Shown: positions 43,380-52,332 of the stretch, piece by piece
Numbering within the stretch: the first letter of the stretch is position 1
Layout of the letters: every line of letters begins with the position of its first letter
Assembly: GCA_900546845.1 (NCBI GenBank)
Contig: UREK01000001.1
Coordinates: 182,774-246,773, forward strand
Source: an uncultured Eubacteriales bacterium
GTDB lineage: Bacteria > Bacillota > Clostridia > Christensenellales > CAG-138
DNA: 64,000 bases
Reading direction: 5' to 3'
Made by a program: the position numbers and the translations under genes
The notes under the pieces: model-generated
What the model saw: only the letters and a program-made list of their open reading frames with translations
What the model was told of the DNA's origin: nothing
The model's database searches: none

Positions 43380-44375
43380 ATGGTTACGTTTGAAGGATAC
43401 GAAAGAAGAATCGATAAGATCAAGGGCGTGATGGCGCAATACGGCATCGAGAGCTTTGAGGCTGCGGAGGCGCTTCTGAAGGGAAAGGGCGTCGACGTGC
43501 GCGGGATCGTCCTCGGCATCCAGCCCATCGCGTTTGAAAACGCCGTTTGGGCCTATACGCTCGGCGCGGCCATCGCCGTGCAAAAGGGCGTGAAGAGCGC
43601 GGCGGAAGCCGCGGAGGCCATCGGCGAAGGCCTGCAGGCGTTCTGCATCCCCGGCTCCGTGGCGGATCAGCGCCAGGTCGGCCTCGGGCATGGCAACCTG
43701 GGCGCGATGCTCCTCCGGGAGGAAACGCGCTGCTTTGCGTTCCTCGCGGGGCATGAGAGCTTTGCCGCCGCGGAGGGCGCGATCGGCATTGCCCGCACGG
43801 CGAACAAGGTGCGCCGTGAGCCGCTTCAGGTCATCCTGAACGGCCTTGGCAAGGATGCGGCTTACATCATCAGCCGCGTCAACGGCTTCACGCACGTGGA
43901 GACGGAATATAATGAGTTCACCGGCGAGCTAACCGTTACTAAGGAGACGGCCTTCAGCGACGGCGAACGCGCGAAGGTGCGCTGCTACGGCGCGGACGAT
44001 GTGAGCGAAGGCGTCGCTATCATGCGCCGCGAGAACGTGGACGTTTCCATCACCGGAAATTCCACGAACCCGACGCGCTTCCAGCATCCCGTTGCGGGTA
44101 CGTACAAGAAATGGTGCGTGGAAAACGGCAAAAAGTATTTCTCCGTCGCTTCCGGCGGCGGTACGGGCCGCACGCTGCACCCGGACAACATGGCCGCCGG
44201 CCCTGCTTCCTACGGCATGACGGACACCATGGGCCGCATGCACAGCGATGCGCAGTTCGCGGGCAGCTCCTCCGTGCCGGCGCACGTGGAGATGATGGGC
44301 CTCATCGGCATGGGTAACAACCCGATGGTGGGCGCGACGGTCGCCTGCGCAGTGGCAGTGAGCCAGGCAAAGTAA
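43380..44375 (+). CDS. GGGtGRT-family protein (uncharacterised)
   Basis: 331 aa containing the eponymous SVASGGGTGRTLHPDN motif. 12 nt downstream of the IscU-like gene, with a GGAGG SD. Confidence 0.7.
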   Translation: MVTFEGYERRIDKIKGVMAQYGIESFEAAEALLKGKGVDVRGIVLGIQPIAFENAVWAYTLGAAIAVQKGVKSAAEAAEAIGEGLQAFCIPGSVADQRQVGLGHGNLGAMLLREETRCFAFLAGHESFAAAEGAIGIARTANKVRREPLQVILNGLGKDAAYIISRVNGFTHVETEYNEFTGELTVTKETAFSDGERAKVRCYGADDVSEGVAIMRRENVDVSITGNSTNPTRFQHPVAGTYKKWCVENGKKYFSVASGGGTGRTLHPDNMAAGPASYGMTDTMGRMHSDAQFAGSSSVPAHVEMMGLIGMGNNPMVGATVACAVAVSQAK

Positions 44376-44475
44376 CCGGACACGCTTTGAAGCATGGGCC
44401 GCGCCGCGCGGAAAGCACTGCGGCGCGGCCTTTTCGATTTTAAAGCAAACCCATTAAAACAAGGAGGGAACCTGC

Positions 44476-44889
44476 ATGGAAGGAATCCGCATCGCGGAAT
44501 ACGGGCCGTTCCGCTTGGATGAGCTGCTGCGGCTTTATGGCAGCGTGGGCTGGACGAATTATACCGGGCATGCAGAAATGCTGGAGCAGGCATATGCCAA
44601 TTCGCTCAAAACCCTCGCGGCATACGACGGCGAAACGCTTGTGGGCGTTATCCGCGCGGTCGGGGACGGGTGCTCGATCCTCTATATTCAGGACCTCCTC
44701 GTCCTGCCTGAATACCAGCGCCGGGGGATTGGCTCCGCGCTCACGCGCCGTTTGCTGGCGCTCTATCCGGACGTTTACCAAAAGGTGCTCCTGACGGACG
44801 ACACGGAAAAAACCGTGCGCTTTTACCGCTCGCTCGGCTTCCAGCCTGCGGCGGAGCAGGGCTGCGCGGCGTTCTTCCGGGCGTGGTGA
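44476..44889 (+). CDS. GNAT-family N-acetyltransferase
   Basis: 137 aa. LLVLPEYQRRGIGSALTRRLL (acetyl-CoA-binding Q/RxxGxG/A). Confidence 0.8.
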   Translation: MEGIRIAEYGPFRLDELLRLYGSVGWTNYTGHAEMLEQAYANSLKTLAAYDGETLVGVIRAVGDGCSILYIQDLLVLPEYQRRGIGSALTRRLLALYPDVYQKVLLTDDTEKTVRFYRSLGFQPAAEQGCAAFFRAW

Positions 44890-44918
44890 AGCGCCAGGGG
44901 ACAAAAAAGGATTTTGTG

Positions 44919-44959
44919 AAGCCCATGCCGCGCATGGAACCGTTGCATGGGCTTTTTTT
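44919..44959 (+). terminator. intrinsic terminator
   Basis: Stem aagcccatg/catgggctt followed by T7. Confidence 0.6.
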
Positions 44960-45179
44960 CAGGAGCTAAAGCATGGATATGCGGATACTTTGAATGATTC
45001 AGGTTCAGCAGCCACAGAGAAAATGCTTGTTCACAAAATATATTCTATATATTTGGCAGACAGATTGATGTGTTATATTAATATCCTTTATTATATACTA
45101 ATAACAACCCGCGAATGCGGACGATGCAGCTTTACAGACGCAGATCATATGATAAAGTGATAAAGGAGCGTAAATCATA

Positions 45180-46115
45180 GTGCAGAATAAAAATCTGAAA
45201 TCCACGGCCTTGTTCGTTCTCTGCATCCTTTTGCTGGAGGTGGCGGGCAGCGCGTGTTCCGTCTATGGCGAAGTTCCAGACACAAGCCCACAACAGCCGG
45301 CCCCGACTTTGTGTGCTGTGCCAACGCCGAATGTGCCGCAGGAAACCGAAGCGCCGCCAGTGGAATCCACGCCGCTGCTGGAAGCCGGGCGCAACCCATG
45401 GGAAATAAAGTTCGAGGATCATGAAGATCCATTGTATACGCACTGGGCAACGGATGTGGGAGGCCGGTATGATACGGAAGAAACCGCTCCGGAAAGCGTG
45501 AAAATGATGATCCCACTTATAGAACAGATCCTCAATTACAGGACACAGTACGACTGGTGTTACAGCGACCTGCAATTCTTCGAGAATTTCCGGGATACCA
45601 ATCAGCATACGATGGAAAACGATGTATATCTTTGGGGGCTGATGAGCAATGTGCTCTGCATTTATGGCGATCTTCACCCAAACGCGATCGTAAACGGGGA
45701 TGAAATCCGTCTCTCCCTGGCAGATGTGCAGGATTTCCTTTCCATTTGCTTTGCGGATTTCCCTGCGGAGACAACGTTCCCGGATACGCCGCCGGAGGAA
45801 TGGCTGAAGCAGCCGATTGAATTGGGGGAAGATCCGCAGGAAGCGATAAAAAAAGATGGGGATAGCTACATATTTAAGAAAAAGGATTACCCGATCCTCA
45901 TAAACCTGCCGTCGCGGCATATCATTAAGAGCGCTAACCTTTGGGACGAATCCCGATATAAATTAGACTTTATTCTGCTCTTTGGCCCCGATGGATACGA
46001 CATGGCGGTTTACAGTGTGACGCTGCAAGCGAGCGAAACCCCGAATGCGCTGGGGTTGGAATGGCGCGTTGCGCAGATCGTCCGCGCCGACACCGCGGAA
46101 ATCGATGACTGCTAG
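45180..46115 (+). CDS. hypothetical secreted/lipoprotein
   Basis: 311 aa, GTG start. Signal-like ALFVLCILLLEVAGSAC, then a Pro/Thr/Glu-rich linker. Lower G+C than the flanks. No family recognised. Confidence 0.55.
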   Translation: MQNKNLKSTALFVLCILLLEVAGSACSVYGEVPDTSPQQPAPTLCAVPTPNVPQETEAPPVESTPLLEAGRNPWEIKFEDHEDPLYTHWATDVGGRYDTEETAPESVKMMIPLIEQILNYRTQYDWCYSDLQFFENFRDTNQHTMENDVYLWGLMSNVLCIYGDLHPNAIVNGDEIRLSLADVQDFLSICFADFPAETTFPDTPPEEWLKQPIELGEDPQEAIKKDGDSYIFKKKDYPILINLPSRHIIKSANLWDESRYKLDFILLFGPDGYDMAVYSVTLQASETPNALGLEWRVAQIVRADTAEIDDC

Positions 46116-46154
46116 AACAACGGCCAATGAACATAAGAAACAGGAGGAAGAAAA

Positions 46155-46508
46155 ATGCTGAAAGCAAAATGTGCTGCCTTAGCGCTATGCGCTGCGCTTA
46201 TCTTCTTGTATTCGTTCCAAACTTCCGCACTTGGCGCTATGCGGCACGGCAGTGACCTGGAAGGGGGCGGTCCGTTCCGGGCGGAACTGTGTGAAGTGTG
46301 CCACAATGGAACGCTGCGGCCGCATACCCGCCGGGGAGAGCTGCTTGACAGGCAGGTATGCACGCATATGCCATGGAATACGCACGAACTATATCAAATG
46401 TATGACCATTATATCTGCGACAACTGCAGCGTGGAAGAATATGCTTTGCAGGCGGGAAAATGGTGGTGGTGCACGTATAACAAAGCCTATTATGAGTTCC
46501 TGCCATAA
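46155..46508 (+). CDS. small secreted Cys-rich protein (CxxC ... CDNC)
   Basis: 117 aa. Signal peptide AALALCAALIFLYSFQTSALG. CEVC and YICDNC pairs. AGGAGGAAG SD. Confidence 0.55.
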   Translation: MLKAKCAALALCAALIFLYSFQTSALGAMRHGSDLEGGGPFRAELCEVCHNGTLRPHTRRGELLDRQVCTHMPWNTHELYQMYDHYICDNCSVEEYALQAGKWWWCTYNKAYYEFLP

Positions 46509-46535
46509 AATGTAAAACCGAATATAGTAAATATG

Positions 46536-46585
46536 AAAAGCTGATGCGAAGCGGGCTGGCTCGCCCCCGCATCAGCCTTTTGCTT
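46536..46585. terminator. bidirectional terminator between convergent genes
   Basis: Stem gctgatgcg...cgcatcagc, flanked by AAAAG and CTTTTGCTTT. Confidence 0.6.
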
Positions 46586-46602
46586 TGTTGTGTAGAAAAG
46601 GC

Positions 46603-47298
46603 TCAGTGGATCACCTGCGCGAGCGCGATGGCGATGAAGATCGCGGGTACCATGTTCATCACACGGAGCTTGGCGACGCCCGTGAGGTTCAGGCCGAGGC
46701 CGGCGAGCACGATGGAGCCGACTGCGGAAAGCTCCGCGATGGCGGCCTCCGTCATGACCGGGGCAAGAAGGCTGGAAAGCAGCGTGAGCGCGCCCTGGTA
46801 CAAAAGGACGCCCACGGCGGAAAGCGCTACGCCGATGCCGTAGGTCGAGGCGAGGAGGATCGCGGAGATGAAGTCCATGAGCGATTTGGTGTAAAGCGTG
46901 GTATGGTCGCCCGCAAGGCCGCTTTGCAGCGAGCCGAGCACGGCCATCGCGCCGACGCAGAACAGCAGCGTCGCCGTCACGAGCCCTTCCCCGACCCGGG
47001 AACCTCCGTTCCGGGAACCTCCGTCCCGGGAAACCCGCGCACCGATGCGCTCCCCAAGGCGGTTGAGCCGGTCCTCCAGGCGAAGCAGCTCGCCAAGGCC
47101 CGTGCCGAGCGCGAGTGAAAGCACTGCGACGATCGAGCTTTGCCCGTCAAGATACCCCTTCACGCCGGAGCAGATCAGCATGAGGCCGATGACCGCCATA
47201 ATCCCCTTGGAGATGCGCTCCGGCAGGCCCTTCTTCGCCAAAAGCCCGATCAGCCCGCCTGCGACGACTGCGGCGGCGTTCACAAACGTTGCGATCAT
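46603..47298 (-). CDS. DUF554-family membrane protein
   Basis: Start at MIATFVNAAAVVAGGLIGLL (47298). Has the YTKSLMDFISAI and VLLYQG features of DUF554 (YdfK/YqgA-like). Confidence 0.7.
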   Translation of the reverse strand: MIATFVNAAAVVAGGLIGLLAKKGLPERISKGIMAVIGLMLICSGVKGYLDGQSSIVAVLSLALGTGLGELLRLEDRLNRLGERIGARVSRDGGSRNGGSRVGEGLVTATLLFCVGAMAVLGSLQSGLAGDHTTLYTKSLMDFISAILLASTYGIGVALSAVGVLLYQGALTLLSSLLAPVMTEAAIAELSAVGSIVLAGLGLNLTGVAKLRVMNMVPAIFIAIALAQVIH

Positions 47299-47424
47299 AT
47301 CAGAAACACCTTCCAACTCAGCGAAACAAAGTATGGGCCGCCGGGCGGGATGCGCGGCGGCTCCATCAAAACGCTATCATCATACCACAGCCTGCGGCCG
47401 GGATTCAACCGGTTTCGGCCGTTT

Positions 47425-48375
47425 TTACCATGCGTGCTCCACGGCTTCGATCGCGCCCGTGCCGTCAAGGACGAGTTCCACCGCGAGCAGCTCCGTATCG
47501 TTACTGTATACCGCTGCGCCGAGCGCGGCAAAGCGCGCAAGCACAACCTCCGAAGGGGAGGAATCGCCGTCGCTGTGGCTCCCCGTGAGGAGCGCGGCGC
47601 GCGGGGAAACCGCTGCGAGGAATGCGGCGCTCGAAGCGTCATCCTTGCCGTGGCGGCCCGCCTTGAGCACGTCCGCGGCGAGCGGCGCGCCTTCGTCGAG
47701 CAGGAGCTGCTCGATGTTCGCCGTCGCGTCGCCCATCAAAAGCAGCGTGCAGCCCGCAGCCGTGACGCGCAGCACAAGGGAATTGTCGTTGTCGTCCTCG
47801 CCAAGCTCCTCCATATACTTGCGCCCGGGCGAGAGCACCTCAAAGGAAACGCCACAGAGCGTAAAGGAATCGCCCTTTTTGAGCAATACGCGCGCTGCAC
47901 CCGAGCCCACAATGGTTTTTACTTCGGAATCGGAATACGTTTCGTCATCGAGCGCGGCGGTGTAGATCGCGCCGACCGCGCAGCGCTTGAGGAGCTTCTT
48001 CAACCCGCCGATGTGGTCTTTATGCCCATGCGTCAGGATGACCGCGTCGAGCGCGTCCACACCCGCGCGCGTCAGGGTTTCGTCCACCGCGTCAAAGCGC
48101 CCCTTCAGGCCGGTATCCACCAGGAACGCGCCGGAATCCGTCTGGAACAGCAGCGCGTCGCTCTCGCCGGTGTTGATGAGCCAGCAATGCAGCGTTGCGG
48201 CTGCATCGGTGGCTGCGGGCACAGGTCCTGGGGCTGCATCGTTTTTCGGCGGGGCGGGGGAGGGCGTAACGTCGAGCGCCTGCGGCGATTCGCTTTTTGC
48301 GCAGCCGGAAAACGGCATGGGCGAGAGCGCCATGCACATTGCAAGCAAATAAGGAAGGAAAACCGGCTTTTTCAT
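47425..48375 (-). CDS. secreted metallo-beta-lactamase-fold protein (ComEC C-terminal-domain-like)
   Basis: Start at MKKPVFLPYLLAMCMALSPMPFSGC (lipobox-like). ILTHGHKDHIGG is the HxHxDH motif. Confidence 0.75.
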   Translation of the reverse strand: MKKPVFLPYLLAMCMALSPMPFSGCAKSESPQALDVTPSPAPPKNDAAPGPVPAATDAAATLHCWLINTGESDALLFQTDSGAFLVDTGLKGRFDAVDETLTRAGVDALDAVILTHGHKDHIGGLKKLLKRCAVGAIYTAALDDETYSDSEVKTIVGSGAARVLLKKGDSFTLCGVSFEVLSPGRKYMEELGEDDNDNSLVLRVTAAGCTLLLMGDATANIEQLLLDEGAPLAADVLKAGRHGKDDASSAAFLAAVSPRAALLTGSHSDGDSSPSEVVLARFAALGAAVYSNDTELLAVELVLDGTGAIEAVEHAW

Positions 48376-48503
48376 GAGGGAATTATACCATGCGGCGCGG
48401 CTGCCCGCCACATGGGCAAAAGATTATTCACATTTACCCGCATTGAATGTTACGCGCATGCTATGCTATAATGAATTCAATTCTTATTTCGGGGAATTTT
48501 TAC

Positions 48504-49703
48504 ATGAAGCGATACAGCCGGCGCAACCGACGCAGAATCAAACGCCGCCGCACAAGCCTGAGCGCAAGCAACTGGGGGCCTGTCCTCGCGCTTACAGGGA
48601 CGGTGCTCGGCGTGCTCGCCGCGATCGCGCTCATCGTGTTCGTGGCGCTGCCGCGGCTCCTGCCGCTCATCGGCGTGGATTACCGTGCGCCGTTTACGCC
48701 CACGCCCACGCCTTCCCCGACGCCCGCACCCACGCCTACGCCGCACCCGATGACCTCCTTTGTGCCGGAGGAGGCGCAAAACGAGGTCGTGTTCGAAAAT
48801 TCCAGCGATTACAAGTGGTTTGGAGATCCGTATTTCTACGACGGCGTGATGGTGCTTTCCGCGGGCAAGCTCGTGGATTCCCATGCCGTGATGCAGGATC
48901 TGTACTATTATTACCCGGAAACGCGCACGGCGGAGCAGGTGCGGGTCGCGCTGCAAAATGCGCATTTCATGTTCCCAAAGTTCAACGGGAATTGGCTGGT
49001 CTACCTCGACGCGCGGCTCGACGGCGGCGGGTATCTGACGGCGTACGACCGAACGGATCCCAATGCGAAACCCGTGGTTATCAAGGAGGTCTATACCGGG
49101 CAGCCGGAGCCGATGCTTGACGGCGACTATGTCGCCTGGATCGAGCGCACCGGCACACGGATGGATAAACTTTTCGTCTGCGATCTCACCACCATGGAGA
49201 CAACGACCCTCAACATGTTCAGCAATTCCGTGTATGGCCAAAGCCTGCCCTCGCTTCGGGATGGCCTGCTCTGCTGGGCGGACGCGGACAGCGCGGCAGG
49301 CACGGAGGTGGACACGAGCGTGATCTACTCCATCCGCCTTTCCTCTTCCACGATGCGCACGTACTCTCCTGGGGTCTACGTGCATGATCCGGAATGCGAC
49401 GGGACGCATTCCGTGTGGCTGGACGGCCACCACGGGCCGGATTGCGCGCTGTATTATTCCAAAAACGAAGGGGAACCCGTCAAAATCGCGGAGGGCGTGG
49501 CGGAATTTGGCCTCGGCAGCCATTTTGCGGCTTATTCCAAGGATGAGACAATCTGGGCGTATATGTTTGATAACGGCCGCACGTACCGCATTTCATCGGA
49601 TCAGGAGCGGGCGCAGCTCCTTGGCGTTTCGGACGACAAGGTCATCTGGATGGATGTGACGACGCGCGTGCGCGACATCGTGAAATTTGCAGCCATCCCG
49701 TAA
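48504..49703 (+). CDS. hypothetical membrane-anchored protein with a Pro/Thr linker and probable beta-propeller-like ectodomain
   Basis: Start at MKRYSRRNRRRIKRRR (48504). One TM helix, a PTPTPSPTPAPTPTP linker, and repeated W/Y-rich segments. No family recognised. Confidence 0.5.
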   Translation: MKRYSRRNRRRIKRRRTSLSASNWGPVLALTGTVLGVLAAIALIVFVALPRLLPLIGVDYRAPFTPTPTPSPTPAPTPTPHPMTSFVPEEAQNEVVFENSSDYKWFGDPYFYDGVMVLSAGKLVDSHAVMQDLYYYYPETRTAEQVRVALQNAHFMFPKFNGNWLVYLDARLDGGGYLTAYDRTDPNAKPVVIKEVYTGQPEPMLDGDYVAWIERTGTRMDKLFVCDLTTMETTTLNMFSNSVYGQSLPSLRDGLLCWADADSAAGTEVDTSVIYSIRLSSSTMRTYSPGVYVHDPECDGTHSVWLDGHHGPDCALYYSKNEGEPVKIAEGVAEFGLGSHFAAYSKDETIWAYMFDNGRTYRISSDQERAQLLGVSDDKVIWMDVTTRVRDIVKFAAIP

Positions 49704-49768
49704 AGTAAGAGAGCGCTTGCGAGCCGGTGAACTTCGCCGGCTCCTTCGCATGAAAAGGAGGAAGCCCC

Positions 49769-51109
49769 GTGGCAAAAGCGCCGAAAACGATCTATATTTG
49801 TGGGGAATGCGGCTATGAAAGCGGGAAGTGGCTGGGCCGCTGCCCGAATTGCGACAGCTGGAACACGCTTGTGGAGTCGGTGCCCGTGCCAGCCGTGCGC
49901 ACGGCTGTGCCCGCGCGCGCCTTACCGCTTTCCCAGGTGGAGACTACGGGTGCGCGGCGCATCTCCACCGGCATGGCGGAGCTGGACCGGGTGCTTGGCG
50001 GCGGCGTTGTCGCAGGGTCGACAGTGCTCCTCGGCGGCGACCCTGGCATCGGAAAATCTACGCTCCTGATGCAGACCGCTGCGCGCCTTGCGCAGATCGG
50101 CACCGTGCTTTATGTGACGGGCGAAGAATCCGCTGCACAGCTCAAGCTGCGCGCGGAGCGCCTTGGCGTAACGGGGGAGATGCTCCTCCTCGCGGAGACC
50201 GACCTTGCGGCCATTGAGGCGGAGATCGGCCGCGTGCATCCGGCGTTTCTCATCATCGACTCCATCCAGACCATGGCCTCGCCGGATATTGCGAGCGCGC
50301 CCGGCTCTGTGGCGCAGGTGCGGGAGGCGACCGCGCTTTTGACGCGCGTTGCGAAGGGGACGGCCTGCGCGGTGTTTATCGTCGGCCATGTGACGAAGGA
50401 AGGGGCGCTCGCCGGCCCGCGTGTGCTGGAGCACATGGTGGATACGGTGCTCTACTTCGAGGGGGACCGGCACGACGCGTTCCGTTTGCTGCGCGCCGTA
50501 AAAAACCGCTTTGGCTCCACGGATGAGATCGGCGTGTTCGAGATGCGGGATACGGGCATGGTGGAGATCGCGGATCCCTCCGGCCTTTTCCTTTCCGGGA
50601 CACGGGCGCCCGGCTGCGCCGTAACCTGCGCAATGGAGGGCACGCGGCCCATGCTCGTGGAGCTCCAGGCGCTCATCTCGCCTTCCGCGTTCAACAACCC
50701 GCGCCGCATGGCCGCCGGGCTCGACGGGAACCGCCTCATCCTGCTGCTTGCCGTGCTGGAGAAGAAGGCGTTCCTTTCCCTTTCCAATCAGGATGTCTAT
50801 GCGAACGTGGTGGGCGGTATTCGGCTGGAGGAACGCGCGAGCGACCTTGCGGCCGCGCTGTGCGTCGCTTCCGCGCTGCTCGAGACAGCGCTTCCTGCGG
50901 CGACAGCCTGCATCGGCGAAGTATCGCTTACGGGCGAGGTGCGTCCGGTGAGCAGGCTTGACAAGCGCATCAGCGAATGCGCGCGCCTCGGCTACACGCA
51001 CCTCATCGTGCCGAAAGCGGAGAAACTTCCCCGGGCGGAGGGCGTGACCTTTCACCCTGTTGCAACGCTTGCGGACGCTGTCCGCCTGCTGACCGGCGCG
51101 GGAAAATGA
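49769..51109 (+). CDS. radA: DNA repair protein RadA/Sms
   Basis: 446 aa, GTG start. Zinc ribbon CGECGYESGKWLGRCPNC, Walker A GGDPGIGKST, KNRFG, and a Lon-like C-terminus. Confidence 0.92.
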   Translation: MAKAPKTIYICGECGYESGKWLGRCPNCDSWNTLVESVPVPAVRTAVPARALPLSQVETTGARRISTGMAELDRVLGGGVVAGSTVLLGGDPGIGKSTLLMQTAARLAQIGTVLYVTGEESAAQLKLRAERLGVTGEMLLLAETDLAAIEAEIGRVHPAFLIIDSIQTMASPDIASAPGSVAQVREATALLTRVAKGTACAVFIVGHVTKEGALAGPRVLEHMVDTVLYFEGDRHDAFRLLRAVKNRFGSTDEIGVFEMRDTGMVEIADPSGLFLSGTRAPGCAVTCAMEGTRPMLVELQALISPSAFNNPRRMAAGLDGNRLILLLAVLEKKAFLSLSNQDVYANVVGGIRLEERASDLAAALCVASALLETALPAATACIGEVSLTGEVRPVSRLDKRISECARLGYTHLIVPKAEKLPRAEGVTFHPVATLADAVRLLTGAGK

Positions 51110-51120
51110 GCGAAAGCCAC

Positions 51121-51148
51121 TTGCATCTTCTCCGGAATGTGCTATAAT
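51121..51148 (+). promoter_or_regulatory. promoter for tRNA-Arg(CCG): TTGCAT-16-TGcTATAAT
   Basis: TTGCAT at 51121 and an extended -10 TGcTATAAT ending at 51148, 12 nt before the tRNA 5' end. Confidence 0.5.
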
Positions 51149-51159
51149 AATTTAAGCGT

Positions 51160-51236
51160 GTGCCCGTAGCCCAGCTGGATAGAGCGACAGACTCCGACTC
51201 TGTAGGCCGCACGTTCGAATCGTGTCGGGCACGCCA
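51160..51236 (+). tRNA. tRNA-Arg (anticodon CCG)
   Basis: GTGCCCGTAGCCCAGCTGGATAGAGC..., anticodon stem-loop acaga-CTCCGAC-tctgt, GTTCGAATC T-loop, encoded CCA. Confidence 0.9.
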
Positions 51237-51239
51237 CGT

Positions 51240-51273
51240 CACCGCAAGCTGCAATCGCTTGCGGTGCTTTTTT
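51240..51273 (+). terminator. intrinsic terminator after tRNA-Arg
   Basis: Stem caccgcaagc/gcttgcggtg followed by T6. Confidence 0.65.
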
Positions 51274-51701
51274 CGGAGCAGAGAAAACGCCCTGCGCTCA
51301 ATCACGGTCAACCGCCATATTGAGCGATCTTGTCGCATGTTGCGGGCGGGCTGATCTATCAACGCCAGAAATCCCTGCCGCTTTTTAACGCGGCCCTTTG
51401 CCGACGGAAAAGCCGCCGAAACAGCCGCAGCAAGGCAAAACTTCCTGCGGAACCTTATCCGTAGTGGAACAGCATAACAATGACCTTGCGGGGTGGGGGG
51501 CGGTGGGCGAAAGAAAAGAGTAAACCAGAAAGACCGCCTGAAAGGGGCGTAACGGAAATGGGTTCGGGCAGCTGCGGAAGCGGGGGAGACAGCAGAAGCC
51601 ACGAAAGAAATCCTTTGACTGCCGATAGGCAAGGAAAACCACCGCTATGGTGCTGCCCATATATGGCGGCGCACATAGGCGGAGAACTGCTCATAAGGGA
51701 C

Positions 51702-52274
51702 TTATCCCTCGTGAAGTGCCGCATAAAACGAATAATCGACAAAGCCTTTTATGTTATCCAGCGCCCCCTTTTCCAATTCCTTAACCATTAAACAATCGGG
51801 ATGCGGCAGTTTTATATCCGCACCTGCTTCTATTCCATATCTATAACTTGGCTGAAACCCACGTGGATTATAATTCCGAGGGTTTCCCTCTACAAGTATT
51901 GCCTTGAATCCCATTCCCTTCGCTTTAACAAAACCGAATTCCAATAGCTCCTTTGATATGTGCGTTCTCTGCAATTCTGTTTTTACGGCAACGGGCGTGA
52001 GCATCAGCAATTCGTCTTCATATTTCCCCTCAATATGAAATCTTGAAAACATTGCATACCCAATAATTTCGTCGAGCTCATTTACCATGATTAGTTCAAG
52101 GTCAGGAATATAGTATCGTTTCCTCCTTATTTCTTCAACGAGCCCGCGGACGGCCTTCCCCTCTTCGGGACTATGCCGTTTTGCAAAAACATCTTCAACG
52201 AGTTCAAGCGAAGGAAGAAGATACTTGTTTTCCATAGACTTTATAATTCTTTCCATGTTCTTTGTCTCCATCAA
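51702..52274 (-). CDS. GNAT-family N-acetyltransferase
   Basis: 190 aa. LTPVAVKTELQRTHISKELL...GFKAILVEGNPRNYNPRGF resembles the YhbS-type GNAT family. Low-G+C gene. Confidence 0.7.
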   Translation of the reverse strand: MMETKNMERIIKSMENKYLLPSLELVEDVFAKRHSPEEGKAVRGLVEEIRRKRYYIPDLELIMVNELDEIIGYAMFSRFHIEGKYEDELLMLTPVAVKTELQRTHISKELLEFGFVKAKGMGFKAILVEGNPRNYNPRGFQPSYRYGIEAGADIKLPHPDCLMVKELEKGALDNIKGFVDYSFYAALHEG

Positions 52275-52332
52275 GCAAAGCTCTTATTCTTAGTGAATGC
52301 CCGGTAAGGGGACATTGATAAAATCGTAGCGT

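Noticed and set aside
45132-45920. 262-aa minus-strand ORF overlapping 45180..46115(+)
   Set aside because: The plus-strand product has a signal peptide, a plausible SD context and protein-like composition. The minus-strand translation is Arg/Phe/Ile-rich with no features.
48700-48750. Repetitive acgccc/acgcct DNA
   Set aside because: It encodes an in-frame Pro/Thr linker (PTPTPSPTPAPTPTP) of a membrane-anchored protein. This is low-complexity coding sequence, not a mobile or regulatory repeat.
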